DNA of 64,000 bases from Geosiphon pyriformis uo1 (taxonomy: Eukaryota > Fungi > Glomeromycota), in NCBI GenBank assembly GCA_016748015.1, contig JAAOMT010000183.1, positions 284,708 to 348,707 on the forward strand. Reading direction: 5' to 3'. Both the position numbers and the translations under genes were made by a program. A model generated the notes under the pieces. The model searched no databases. It worked only from the letters and a program-made list of their open reading frames with translations, and was not told the origin of the DNA. Below are positions 39,501 through 53,100 of this stretch, piece by piece. Each line of letters begins with the position of its first letter. The stretch's first letter is position 1.

Positions 39501-40619
39501 GTTAGATTTTTTTGTCTTGATTGTTAAGAAATTTTAAAATATTTTAAATTCATGAAAACTAAATTCTCAAATTTTGAATTTTCACTTCACAAGTTGTTCG
39601 CCTGGTGCATGGATATTGGATATGGCCGTAGAGTACCCAGATTCAGTTTTTGTTGGAATTGATATCGATCCAACTTTTCCAAACGAGGGAAAACCATCAA
39701 ACGCTGCCTTCATCGAATGTAACGTATTGGATGGGATACCGGTAATTAATCAGAAATTTGGTCTTTTGAATTCTTAATTTTCACCACCATCATCACCATC
39801 ACCACCTCTTGTCTCTTTTTGATTTATTCTAACTGTTTCCCTAAAAACTATTTAAAACAAAAAGTTTCCAGAAAATACCTTCGATTGCGTACACCAGTCT
39901 GGAATGTTATCAACGTATACAGGCTCTCAATGGGGAATAGTTTTACGAGAAATGGTTCGAGTGATAAAACCTGGTGGATATTTAGAAATAGCAGAATTAG
40001 ATTTTAACTATAAGAATGTTGGACCTATGACAAAGAAACTTATGGCTGCATGTAAGTCAAAGAGATTTACGAGAGATCCCATTTAGAGTTGTCATTTGAC
40101 TTTTTTCCCACTTTACAATCTTCGATCTCTGATTGATATCGATTTTTTTTTTTTTACAGGTTGGACGAATTTAGAGTCAAAAGGAGTAAAATGTTCTGTT
40201 TTACCATACTTGGATGGTTATCTAAAAGATATTAGTTCAATACCAGACCTCAAATGGGAGGATAAACCGGTACCCATAGGATCATGGGGTGGTAATCTTG
40301 GTGAATCGGTGCGTATTGAAATGAAACTCTGCGCTAGTTTTAGTTCAATTTAATATTTGCAACCAAAGAAATATTCACAATTCCTAATTCATTCTATCAG
40401 GTGTTAAAGAGTCACACATTTGTGTTTCGGAGTTTAGCCTCAACATTGGCCCCAAGGTTGGAAATTAGTTTAACCGATTACGAGAAATTATTGGATCGAC
40501 TACCCGCAGAATTTACAAAGTATCGGACATCATGTACCTATTTCCGTGCATATGCCAAGAAAATCCCATCTAATCAACCATCAACAGGAGGAAATAATAA
40601 TGGAGTTAAAAAAAGTTAA
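38978..40619 (+). CDS. Class I SAM-dependent methyltransferase (Methyltransf_23/25, LaeA-like superfamily), five exons
   Basis: Spliced VLDVG|CSPGAWILDMA..., FVGIDI, FPENTFDCVHQ, LREMVRVIKPGGYLEIAE, VPIGSWGG; stop at 40619. Confidence 0.92.
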
Positions 40620-41809
40620 ATGTGAGAGAGTTTAAAAAAATATTTAAATTATTATTATTATTATTATGAAAAAACTCGAGACAACAACAACAACAACAAC
40701 GAAAAATGAACTTGATAGGTTCAATAGGGACAATTGCTTTTATGCACAAACGCGATATGAGAAACTTTTCAAATCTTTGAGACGTATTGATTACGCCTCA
40801 TCATGAAAAAACACAAACAATTGTAGCATAGGAATAAGAGTGAATGAAAACTAAAATAGAAACGTTTTTTTTTTTCAAAAATAGGATTTTTGACAAAAAC
40901 AATATACATGTAATTCCTAATCTGATTCGATTCACATATGAGAGATATTTAATAATTGAACTTTTTAAAAACGCCAGAGCTTGGTTAAATTAAAAATGAG
41001 CCATATATCGTATCATCGAATCGGCTGTTTAAAAATTGTTAAAAAAATTTTCAGAATAAAGTTCAAAGGATAATAAAAAACAACAATGTAGAACATTACG
41101 AAAAAATAAAATTTCTAAATCCAAGAAAAATTTGAATAAACTGTTACCCAATAATTATTTAAATTGCGTGATCATTTAAACCTTATGTTTAAAAATTAAG
41201 TTAAGAGAAAAATATGTAAAGGATCTTTTTAATGAAATTCTCAATTAAAATGAAACGTTGTACAAAGGTTTATTCCATATATAAATTTTCAAGATTTAAA
41301 AAAAAATTTGTTCATCCAATTAAAAATCTTTTTGTTTTCCACTTTTAATTAAAATTTAGGGGTACATTTTTTTATTTTTTTATTTTTTTTTTTATTTTTT
41401 TTATTTTTTTTTTGAAAGAAGAACATTTATCAATTATAATAATAATAATAATTTTAAAAGTTTTTTTCTTTAGGAAAATAATTTGAAAAATTCTATTGTT
41501 AAATGATGTTCAAGTGCGTGAATTTCATTTATTATCATATTTGTAAAAATTACAAAAATTAGGAGTGAAAAATAGTAAGAGAATATCGAGAGGATGTGGA
41601 TTGAGGTTAGGGGGGGTTTTTTTTTAAAAAAAAAAAATAAAAATAAAAATAAAAGTTAAATGTTTTCCTGCATTATTTTTTTTTTAATAAAAATTCTTTA
41701 AAAGATTTCACATTAGATAAATTTAATAGTTGTACGATTAAAGATTATGGTAAAATAAAAAATAAAATAAAAAAATATCGATTTACCAAAAATAAAGAAA
41801 AGTTGTTTC

Positions 41810-41846
<37 letters not shown>

Positions 41847-42117
41847 TCATTGCGTTATGTTTTTTTTTTTTCAAGTTTTTTTTTTTGTCGTCGTACCCCA
41901 AAAACAATGACAATAAAATCACAATCACAAACATATGTTTGGAGTTAAATGAATCAGTCTCCTAGATTTCTCTCTCATTTTTTTTTTCTTTTTTTTTTTT
42001 CTTACTTTTACAGAAAGTAGTGAATATTCTGTACATTTTTTTAAAGAAAAAACGAATATTCTACACATTGTTTTAAAAGAAAAAGAACGAATATTCCGTA
42101 CATTTTGAATGATTACC

Positions 42118-42154
<37 letters not shown>

Positions 42155-42460
42155 TTAAAATAATAAAATGACGAAATCTTTTGTTTTTTTTTCGGTCATA
42201 TAATTGTTTTCGTGAGCACAAGCCAACAAAATATTTGTAAGCAGAAATTCTAGATCTCAACAAAGTTTAAAATGTAAGCAGGTATATTCACAAAAACAAA
42301 TATATTACATGATGCATAAATTATTATTTTTTTCCCCTGAAAATTCAAAAAAGTTTAATCATCAATAAATCGTCCCCAGTTTCAAATTTTTATTTATTTA
42401 TTTATTTTATTTTATATGATTATTATTATTATTATTATTATTATATTTTTATCTAAATCT

Positions 42461-42575
42461 TGAATTCTTTAATATAATTCTTTTTAACTTTCAAACCCTG
42501 AATTCTTCAATATCATTCTTTTTAACATTCAAACCCTGAATTCTTCAATATAATTCTTTTTAACTTTCAAATCCC
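42461..42575. repeat. Minisatellite, 3 x 38 bp
   Basis: TGAATTCTTYAATATMATTCTTTTTAACWTTCAAACCC units at 42461, 42499 and 42537, with no spacers. Confidence 0.9.
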
Positions 42576-45112
42576 TCATTTATTTCTCTAACCAAAAGAT
42601 AAATCAAATCAATTTATGTAATCATGAAAAAATCATGTTTTTTGAACTAAGCCTTTTTAAATGAAGAGATGTTAAAGCAAAAAGTTTTGAAAACCAAAAT
42701 TCTCTTTTATTCATGTGAACTAAAAAAATAAATAAATAAATGCTTTAAATTTATCTCATTTATCAATCTCTATCTTAACATCATTATTTACAGACTTGGA
42801 ATTTTAGAATCAATTATTCTTTTCTTAAAATTTGGATGTTGCTAAAAAAATTTGATTGGATCCAAAAATTGTAAACAAAGATTATTTATCAAAATTAGGA
42901 TATTTTTTGATGAACGTTTTTCAGTAATTATGTTAATTATATTTATTTATGACTTTTTTTTTAAATTTCATAAAAGACTGTAGATAGATTGATTGTTTAA
43001 TGTATAATAAAAATTGAGCTAAATGTGAGTATAATACAAATGTAGTTCCTGAAAAAAAAAATCACACTGTATAAGAAAAGTGTTTTTGTACTTTGGTTTC
43101 TCTTGATTAAAAAAAAGCTTTTACAGTCGATGATTTGGCTTCAATTTTCATGCATGAAAAATGCTTGTTTATTAAGCTACAAGCAAATTTATTCTTTGAA
43201 TGTAATATTATTTGCTGAACAGGTTGTTTCCCTTGTATAAAAAAATTAGATTAACTCAGTCTTAAAGAGATTCCCTGAAAAAAATGCGAATTTGAATAAA
43301 ATAAATTACGATTTTTATTGAGAATTTTTTCAATTTTATATCAAAAATTGAAATACAGAAATCTCAATTCGTACACTGAATATAAAAAAAAAAAAAAAAA
43401 AAAGGAAAATTTTTCCAAAATTTCATTCCCAAGATTCTGTCAAGTGATAAATTCACTTGTAAATTTTTTTTAACTAAAAGAAAATCTTGAAGATTATCCT
43501 CTTTTGATTTAAAATAACAATTTCAAGTCTTAAAAAGCTAAGATGTAAATTAAGTGACCAGCATGATCTTTCTTTCATTTATTTAACGTAATTTTCATAA
43601 CAAATATAATATTCGACATGATATATTATATAAAAAATTTTATTTCATCAAAAAATAGGTTTGCAAAAAATTTTTTAGATTCATCAGAATTTTAAATTAT
43701 TACCTCAAATTTGATTTTTTAATATTTGAAAAAATTTCTTGAAAATTAATTTAAATAATTATAATTATATATAAATATCAAGTCAAATTTTTTCAATAAT
43801 TATAAATATTTAATATATATATTTTGTAATTGTAATAAGATTAATAAAGTACAAAAAAAATAAAAAATAAAAATAATTTTAAATATTAAAAAATAAGCTA
43901 TTATTGTTTAATAATTTTTTTTCACAATATAATGATTAATTATAAATTAAAAAGTAATTAAACCAAAATTAACTTTTAATAAAACAAAATAAATAAATTT
44001 TTTCTTTATAAAATTCGTCTTTTATCTCAATATTTTAAAATAGTTGAAAAGTTTTTCGATTTGTAAAAACTAGTCAATTTCATATAATAATGTATTTACT
44101 ATACATATTATTATTAATATTATTAACATAAAATCTTTTCATAATTAAAATTAACTAATATTTTCTAATTATTTCATAAAATAGTTTTAATTCATTCTCA
44201 TAAACTCTGCTACCAAATTTATATCATATTTTTTATTATTCTGAGAGTATTTTTAAAAAAGATTGAAATAATTAAATGACTCATATTTTAAGTTTATCTA
44301 AATCTGTATTCTACATAGACATAAAAAATTTTATTCTTATTAAATTTTGTAGTGTTGGTTGAAATAAAATCAAAATTATATTGAAAAGCAATTGTGTGTT
44401 CATTTAGAATTGATCGTTTTAAAATATATCAAAATATTCTGGGTTCTCAAATTCATATAAACTATATTTTAAAATTGAATAGCAAGAAACAATGAATATT
44501 TATTAAATGTAAACTTTGGAATTGTCAGCCTCTTTTGAGTTTCCAAAATTTTAAATAAAATTCTTTCCATCCAAACTTTGATTAAAGGATGATTATAACT
44601 ATTTCATCTAAAAGCCAGCAGAAAATAGTTTTTGGAATTGACTCAATAAAATTATGAATCCAAAGGTACTTGTTTTTTTGGACTTTAATGACAACGATTT
44701 CATTTATCTCATTACTTTACTAATTTCAAATATTGATGTTAATTCTCTTATGAATTAAATTAAATAAAATTTAATATTCCCAATTTATTCTATTATGAAT
44801 AATATGAAATACAATTATTTATAAAATATATACTACTTAAATATCAGGTGATAAATTAAATTATTGAAATATACGCATACAATTTAAAATTAATCCAATA
44901 GTTGTAAAAAAAAATGTGAGATATTTAAAATCTAGGTCTCTTAATTTAATACCTTTTTGTGAAATATTAATTTTCATTTGTCATACGTTTCGACCTTTTA
45001 TAAACTAATAAAGAGGCCACTTTTTTTTCTAATGATATAAATAAATAATTCACATCTCATATATATTTATTTCAACACTTCAACCTTGATTTTTTTTCTT
45101 CAATCATCAAAT

Positions 45113-45689
45113 ATGGACACGAATGAATAACAATTTGAAGAAAATTCTCACAACGAAAAGTTATTAAGTATTGTTTGGGATGACGCTTCCTCTACAAGGA
45201 GATTGATTGGAGATATTAAAGTCAAGAAACGAATTTATTGTATTAACAAAGTTGAAGTGTAACTCATTAAAGCAAAAACAATTGATTTTTTAAAATAATC
45301 TCTTTATCGTTATTCCTTCATAGAAACATTTATACAAACCTGTAGCACAATCAATCTCTTCTTCTTAACCTTCTTCTCTGCACTTTTATCCTTCTTTACC
45401 AGCATAAATAAAAATTACTTAACGTTGCTCGGAAAAAATATCTCCTTATTGTGGAAGACTACCCTCTTCTTAATTTTGTTAAAATACAAGAAATTCAAAG
45501 CCTACATATTAATCAATTTTTTGAAAGATCTTGGGAAATTCTTTAAAATAATGGACTATTTATTAGCTATAGCCTTTTCCATAGTGACAATTATATTTTT
45601 TATTGGAGTTGCTATTTATTTTGCTCTATTGTTTTTATGGACATTATATTACATGATTTTCGGAGTATGTAAAATTGGTAACGCTTAAA
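45113..45689 (+). pseudogene. Truncated paralog of the 12297 DUF4097-like gene
   Basis: Closely similar to 12297-13078 (ACAAGGAGATTGATT.GAGATATTAAAGTCAAGAAACGAATTTA; GGAAAAAATATCTCCTTATTGTGGAAGA). It has an early TAA, one copy of the 123-nt unit, and ends inside the intron where retroelement sequence begins. Confidence 0.88.
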
Positions 45690-48600
45690 ATAACTTATTT
45701 TCACAATTAAAACAGATTAATTTGGGGGTTAATATAATTGATTTTGTTAATTCAGAGTTAGATAAATTAATGATGATTCTTGAGATTCTTTGTCAGCCCT
45801 TCTTTTACCTTTTTTTTCCCATGTGAGAGGTGGTAGTAGCTCTGTCTAAAAATTATTAATCCAAAAAACTTGATAGGTTTCCAAGATTGGCTGGGAGATA
45901 GGTTCTTCAAATTTAATTAAGAGTTGTTTTGGGGCTGCTGTTCTAAAGTATTCACATGTGATGAATACTCTAGTGTGTTGTTCATTAAAGATAATCTGAA
46001 GTTCTTGAGTGTTTTAGTTAAGTGTGACATAGGCTTTAATTAACCAATTATTTCTTATAAGGGCTTAATATTAAGTGGCTTCTATAATGAGTACTTTAGT
46101 TGAGATGCTGATTTTGTAGATTTTAAAGAAAAAATTGTCAATCTCTCTTATCAGTGTTTTAGTATTTTCATTCATAATAATTATTCTAGTGGTGGTTATA
46201 CAATCTACTTAGTGACTTAGTTGATTTATGAGTTATTTTATAATTATGTTTTCTGCAGATCTGCTATTAAATATTAATTTAATGTTTAATTGTTCTACTC
46301 TAACATTAGTGTATATTGCCATAATTGACTTATTCTAATTAATAGCAGCTTTACTAAAAAAATCAGCTGTATTCAAACTGTCAATATAAAAAAAATTAAT
46401 AGTTAGAATATCATTTTTAGTGATTATAACAGAAAAAATTGTTTTAGCAATCTGATTGGTATTTTTAGAAAAAAAATTGGTAATTGTGACTACATTTTTT
46501 TCTTCTAAAGATATAGCATTACCAAAATTCAGAGTTTTTATAAGACCAAGATATAAGATCTAATTTAAATATCTTGTTGGCACTATTCAGATTTGTATGT
46601 TGTTACAATTTACTAATTTAGATGGCCCATTGATAGTTTGTGTCGAATTTTCATTAGTGTTTTACTATTCTTAATTATAGTCAATAGCTTGGGATCTGGG
46701 ATTGTTGTAGAATAACATTTGGTACTAGAATAGCACTGGTATTATTGCTTGCAAATATTGATAATAAGCTGTAAGTTGTTAAGATAAATACTATAGTTGT
46801 GAATATTATAACAAAAAATATTAGAATTTCATAACTTGAAAATATCTCAGTTGTGATTAATATTGATTTTCTTAATATTAATTACAAAGATCTGACTTCC
46901 ATAATTATTGTTATTGTTGTTAATTCTATTGTTGTTAATAAATGCTAAAGTTATTCTTATATTATGACAGTTAATAAATTTCAGAATATTTTGCTAAAAA
47001 TTTCTTAATTTTTTGAGTTAATTTCTTACTTAATTAGATAAACTTAGCATTAATATCTAATGTTTTGTTTATGACTAAGTTGATAACTTAGGTATAATTG
47101 GCTTTTTGTTCTGTTGATTCAAAGTTATGAGCAAGTATTATGGTTTCTTGTAAGCTATCAAAATAATAGAGTCTAATAGATTAAAAAATACTATTCTTTA
47201 ATTTTTTGATAAATTAGGTGAAAATTTGTCTTAGTATATAATAATCTCTTTTAATTGCCTAAATTTGGCAAAAAATTTAATTAAATTACCAGAAATAAGT
47301 AGTTATTGCTTCATGATCTTTTTGTTTTATCATACTAAACTGATTTTATAGCCTAATAAGCATATTAAAATTGCAAAAGTATTGTAAAAAAGTGAGTTTA
47401 AAAACAGCAAAGTTGATTAGTTTCTTCTTAAAACTTTGGTATTATAAGTCTGTAGTTTCTGTTAAGAAAAATAGTAGAGCTTAGATTATTCTGGTTTTAT
47501 TCTAATTATTGGCTCTAATTGTTTTTTTAGCTTCTGCAATTTAGGTATATGTATTTTTTTCTTCACTGAAAAATTTTTGCAGTCTAATAATATCTTTGTA
47601 AACCATAATCTGAGTAATAGAGATTGGTTTAATTGTTGATAAAGAGAATATTAATAAAGATATGTCTAGTTGTTTTGTTGAGTTTATGGTTGGTTGTTTT
47701 TTTTTGTTAATATGGCCAATAAATTGTAAGATAGCTGTTCTGTTTAAGAATATAGTGGTTAATTTGTTTAGAGATAATGTTAATAATATTACTGCAAATT
47801 TTTTTGGTCTCTTTTTTTGAATGTTGTTAATGTCTGTTTGCTGTGAATTTATGTTTTTTGAAAGTAGTTAAATCTTTAATAACTAAATTTATTTTTAAAT
47901 TATCTTTTATAATTTGAATTGCTAAGCTTATAAGTGAAATAACTTATTCTATATTAGTTACTATATGTAGTTACTTTATAATAAAAGTCAACTCTTTCTC
48001 AGAAATCACTTGTCTGGAAGTTTACTTAAATATGTAATTATTTTGCAGTAAAAGTTAACTCTTTCTTAAAAACTGTTTATCTGAAAGCTTACTAAAAATG
48101 TGTAGTTACTTTATTGTAAAATTCAATTTTTCTACAAAAATCTTGTTTATAAACTACTCTAATAATTATAATAAAAAAAATAAAAAAAAATAAAAAAATT
48201 GTAAAAAAAATAGAATTTTATCAAGGAAATCGTTTTCTATTCAGGCCTGAAGTCACTAACAAATTATTAAAATTGGTAGCTAATCAATTTCAAAACATTA
48301 ATTGGGTTTTGGGTAATTTTAAATACAAATAATTAAAGAATTGGTTTTTCGAAATATGTTTTTATTTAAATAATAATAATAAAAGTATATTGAAAATAAG
48401 ATATATTTTCTTGAAAAGAAAAGCTTTTTTTTATATAATTTATTGTAATACTAGTTTATAAACTTGAACTTTTTTTTTTGGTATTATTTTAATGAACTAA
48501 AAATACATTTTGACAAACTATAAATTGTTTCTACAAACTATAACTAATTTTAGTAAATTATTAAAATATTTTGTAAATTTTAGTAAATTTTAGCAAATTT

Positions 48601-48807
48601 TTGAATATTACAGAGTTCGAGTTATTGTGTAATTTAATCATCTTAATTTCTATTGTACAAATTAAGTTATTAAATTAATAGTAATATTTGATAATTTGAT
48701 TAACATAATAAGTGATAATTAAAATGATGTTAATATATGCTAATTAATAATAAAAATTATAAGAGTAATTTTATGCTTATTTAATAACTAAAATTCTACT
48801 GATAACA
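45690..48807 (-). mobile_element. Ty3/Gypsy fragment D: putative LTR about 48807-48270, gag, aspartic protease; 3'-truncated
   Basis: Inverted homology to 58637-60065. Degenerate retropepsin at about 46320-45950. LTR start TGTTATC at 48807 follows a purine tract. Confidence 0.8.
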
Positions 48808-50179
48808 TAATCTTTTTTTTAAGAGTAAGTTCTATTAAAGTCCAAGCATTATCTGTAATTTTAAGATAGTGATCCAAGATTATTGAAGTAATTTGGTCTA
48901 AAAATTGTTAAAATTTTAATTCTGTTAATTTGCCAATGTATTGAATTTTTATTGGTTAAAGTATTGGATTTTGTAGAACATTTTCACAAATGTAAAATAA
49001 GTTGTAAAGTCTAAAAGCTGCTCTAAATTTATATTAAACATTTGTTGGTCTGGTTGTTGTCTTGAATTTGTTATGTATTTGTTTTTGTATAGCTTCAAAA
49101 GTAAAATTGGTTGCTTCAAGTTCCAGTTTCTGTTGGTACAGCATTTTTTTAATTTAGAAATATCAATAACTAGAGATATATTTACTGTTTTTATTAAAAA
49201 ATATTTGAAGTTTTTTTTGTATTATGGTATTTAGAAAAATATTAATAAGTATAAACAATAAATTTTTTTTTAAAGCTTGCTTCAAAAGTTCTGGTAATTA
49301 ACTTTCAAAATAATTTCTCATGTTTTTTCTATAAAAGTGATATTTTTGAGAATTATTTATTACTAAAGCTGTAGTTTTTTTTTGAGTATAATTGATTTGA
49401 CTTCTATTAACTATTATGAATAAGTCTAGGAGTATTTTTAAGGCATATATTAATTTTTGGAATATTTGTTGAAGATTTCAAAAAATAAGTATTATAAAGT
49501 TAAATAAAAATTGAATAAATTTGTAAAAATAAAAAAAGAAATTATTTTTGGTATAGAGGTTTTATATTTTTTTGGTTTGAGTATTTTTTGGTAGTTATTT
49601 TACTATTTTTAATGTTTCTGTATTATTTTAAAAGAATTGCCAATGAAATAAATTAAATATTCAGGTTTAGTTGTTGTTTTATTACAACTATTAATTCTAA
49701 ATTTTGGAAAATATTTTCAGAGTTAATTAAAAAGAAATATATATTAATTTGTGAAATTAATAGTTTAGAATTGTTTCTAAAATAATAGTGCTTTAATTGA
49801 TCTCTATGTACAACTTTGGCTAGAACTTTGTTATCAATTTTTAACTTATATAATCCATTGTTTAAAATTTTATAAATATAAAATAGTTTATTCCATTTAT
49901 GTTCAAATTTTCTATTCCATTGTTTTTTAGTTTTAGTTTTGTGCAAGAAAATTTTGTTTTTAACTTTAAATTTATTGGTAACTAGTAATAATTTATTGTT
50001 ATGTCATTTTTTTTGTTGAGCTTAAAAGTATTCAATATAAATTACTTTTATTTATCTTTTTTTTTCAACATACTAAAAAAAATATAGGCTCTTTGTTGGA
50101 ATGTTTTTTGGAAGTTTTCTTCTGTAATTAATTGTACTGAATATGTTTTTATAGTAAAGTTAATTAGTAATATTGCTGT
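48808..50179 (-). mobile_element. Ty3/Gypsy fragment C: integrase C-terminus, extra downstream ORF relic, PPT
   Basis: KQWNRKFEHKWNKLFYIYKILNNGLYKL...VVHRDQLKHY is a decayed form of the W-GP(Y/F) integrase tail. It is cut at 50180 by the LTR of element A. Confidence 0.8.
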
Positions 50180-53100
50180 TGTTACAAGTGTTTATTTGGA
50201 GTATTAATATAAATAACAAATTTGTAATTTAATGCTCTATAGCTGAATAGTGTTGGTAATATCTAAAAATTTTGGTAGAGTTTTTTGTATAATAAACAGA
50301 GATTTAATGATTGTTTTAGTAGCTTTCTAGAATAGTTATTCTGTCAAATCTTTTTGTTCAGTATGGTGGCTGGTTTATTTTAGTAATTATGCTCTTCTGG
50401 TAAGTTATTTTCAAATTCTGAATTCTTTACCCTTATTTTCAAGTCTTTTACCAAGCTATTTTTGACATCAAATTACTCAATATTTAATTTTTTAATCAAT
50501 TAGTAAATCCACAAAACAACAAAAAAAAGATAAAAAAAATAAAAAATTAATATTTTATTAATAGCTATAATCAAGAGCTATTGGTCTAGTGTAATTAAGT
50601 ATTAAATTCTATTAACATAAAGTGTTGATAAAATAAAAGTAATAAATATTTTTTAATCAGATAATAATAACATAGATTCAGATAATAATAACATAGATTC
50701 AGATAATAATTGATATTTTTATTAATATGTGATTTGATTCTATTTTAAGTTATAGAAAACTATTTTTTAAAAAAAGAAGTATCAAATAATTAATGAATAA
50801 AAAATATTAATCCTAAGATAGATTTTTAGATAAGTTTTTTTTTTCTTTTTTTTTGCTTTTAATACTTTTGCTATATATATATAATTGATGTTTTATGAGA
50901 TTTTACATATTTATAAGCAATATGCCATAATTTCTTGAATAATGTGTCATAATTCTCTAATAATAATTCATATTGCTGAGCAATATGCTTTAATTTACTA
51001 ACAATATGCTTACATGATAAATATTATTCTCTTATTAATCTATTTTTTTTATCTGTTTTTTCTACTATTTTTCTTATATATTTTGCATTAATTATTTCTT
51101 CTCTAATATTAATCTCTTTTTTTGCTAAATTAGATCTAAATATTAATTGTATTATTGTTGTTGCTAGAATTTTTAGTGCTATTTTCAGATTTATGCTGGT
51201 GCATAAATATAGTTTCAATTTGATGGCAGTTTTTTCTGAATATTTAAAATTAAATTCTGCATTGGTATTATGTATACATTCTAGCATAATATCTTTATTA
51301 TTATGACTGAATCATTTTAATTCTTGCTCTATAGACAGATCTGAAAGTATAATATATTGTTCAAAATTGTAATTGAAGTTTAAATTATTATTGTTGTTGT
51401 CATGGTAAACAAAGTTAGAACTATTGTTATTATTATTATTATCAAAGTCTGAATCACAATTGAATTTTAATTTTGATCTGGCTGTGCACTTGCTAATTGA
51501 TTCTTCCTCTTTGAGAATTGAATAGATCATTCATAAAAATAGATTATAAATAAGCACACAATTATTACAATAATTAAAGTCACTAAGAATTAAACAATGT
51601 TTATACAGTCTTATATTTAACTGTTCTAAACACTGCTTTTGCATTTTTCTAGTTGGTGCTAAATTCTAATAATATTTGTAAAATTGTTCTGAATCATTTT
51701 TAACATTATTAAAGACATCAAAAGTTAAGATATATTTGGGTTTAAGAAGTATAAGTGGATTATTTTTAATTTCCAGTATTTTACTGGTTAAAACACCTTG
51801 TGTTTTTGCATTTACTATTCTCCAGATTTTGTGTTTGTTATGTAAGTAATCTTCCAATCATTTCAGCATTCACTTTCAAGTATTGTTAATGGGTGTTTTT
51901 TTTCATATCTAGTTTTTGATTAAAATTGTATATTAGTACAATTCATTACAAGTTTCTTTTCACTCAGAAATGTTGTTTCACATTTTTTTATCAGGAAGAA
52001 TTATTTTACATGTAAGACAAAACTTGTTGTTCTATTTTTCCTGTTATTTGAGTTGTCTAAAGCATTCAAGAATGTATAGTTGACAGTAAAACTTGGTTAC
52101 CATTGGCTATTTTTTATTGTTGCTACAGCATACACTTATTGTTGACAATTTTTTGTTATAATTAATAGATATTAGCTTGGATTAATAGTAGTTAGTCTAA
52201 AATATAGTAATATATGAAATATAAGTAAAGGTAGTTGCTTTGAGTTTTTTTTTTGCTTTTCTTTTTCCTTTTTTTTCTCAGTTCAGGATTGGTAGCAGTT
52301 TATTGTAGTCATTTTTGGCCTACAAGATTTGGTATAATTTTTAAATAGGTTTTTTTCTTTTTCTTCCAATTTAATTAGTGGTAGTAGAATAGTAATAATT
52401 GGTTTAAAGTAGCCACAAGTAACAGATACCCAAATTTGTAGACTATCTTTACTGAATTATAGCTTCTGAGTATTTTAATTGAATACAACATTGGTTTTGG
52501 ACAGCCAATTATTATCAATTAGTGCTTAATATTGTGTGACTTCTATTATAAAGATTTTAATTAGTACTATAATAGTGTAAACTTCTAATAAAAAGTCTTT
52601 AATTTTACCAATAGGCATTTTTATTATTTTATTGGTAGTAATAATTCTGGTGCTGACAGTACAATTAACTTGACAACCTAATTGGTCCATGAGTTGTCAT
52701 GTAATAATACTGTTTGTTGAACCACTATCAAGAATTAGCTTGATAAGATAGTTATTAATTTTAGCATTAGTGTATATTATGATAATTAATTTGGTATTAT
52801 GAACAGCTCTACTGAATAGTAGTGTTTCTAATAGGGTTTCTAATTCAAAAAAAAATATTGTAGTAAGTGATTTGTTCTTTGTAACAGTAGCTGATGGAAT
52901 ATTGTTAATGAGTATTTGGGTTTGATTGTGTTTCTGTTTGTCAGATTGGGTGTCTTCTGAAATAACTAGAAGACTTAAAAAGTTATGAAAATTAGTTAGT
53001 GCATTACTATTGCTAATTTTTAATGTTGTTAAGTATAAGCAATTTTTGGTTTTTGGTTTTTATTAAGAAATAAGTTCTGAAACTGAGTTTGAATTTGTTG

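Larger units (their letters stand above)
32500..43410. repeat. Microsatellite-dense region
   Basis: (CA)n 32513, (TTC)n 32745, (CATGA)n 32806, (CAA)n 33544, (CAT)n 34312, (TAAAA)n 34722, (TAA)n 35626 and 37916, (GATTAGAGAA)3 36592, (TTG)n 37210, (CCCTA)n 37688, (TAG)n 38353, (TATG)n 39385. Confidence 0.95.

Noticed and set aside
35356-42263. Poly-I/L/T/V/Y ORFs (35356, 37115, 37887, 38239-38584, 41713, 41925)
   Set aside because: Translations of trinucleotide microsatellites.
42461-42575. 38-bp repeats as a CRISPR array
   Set aside because: Head-to-tail units with no spacers, no cas genes, and a eukaryotic context.
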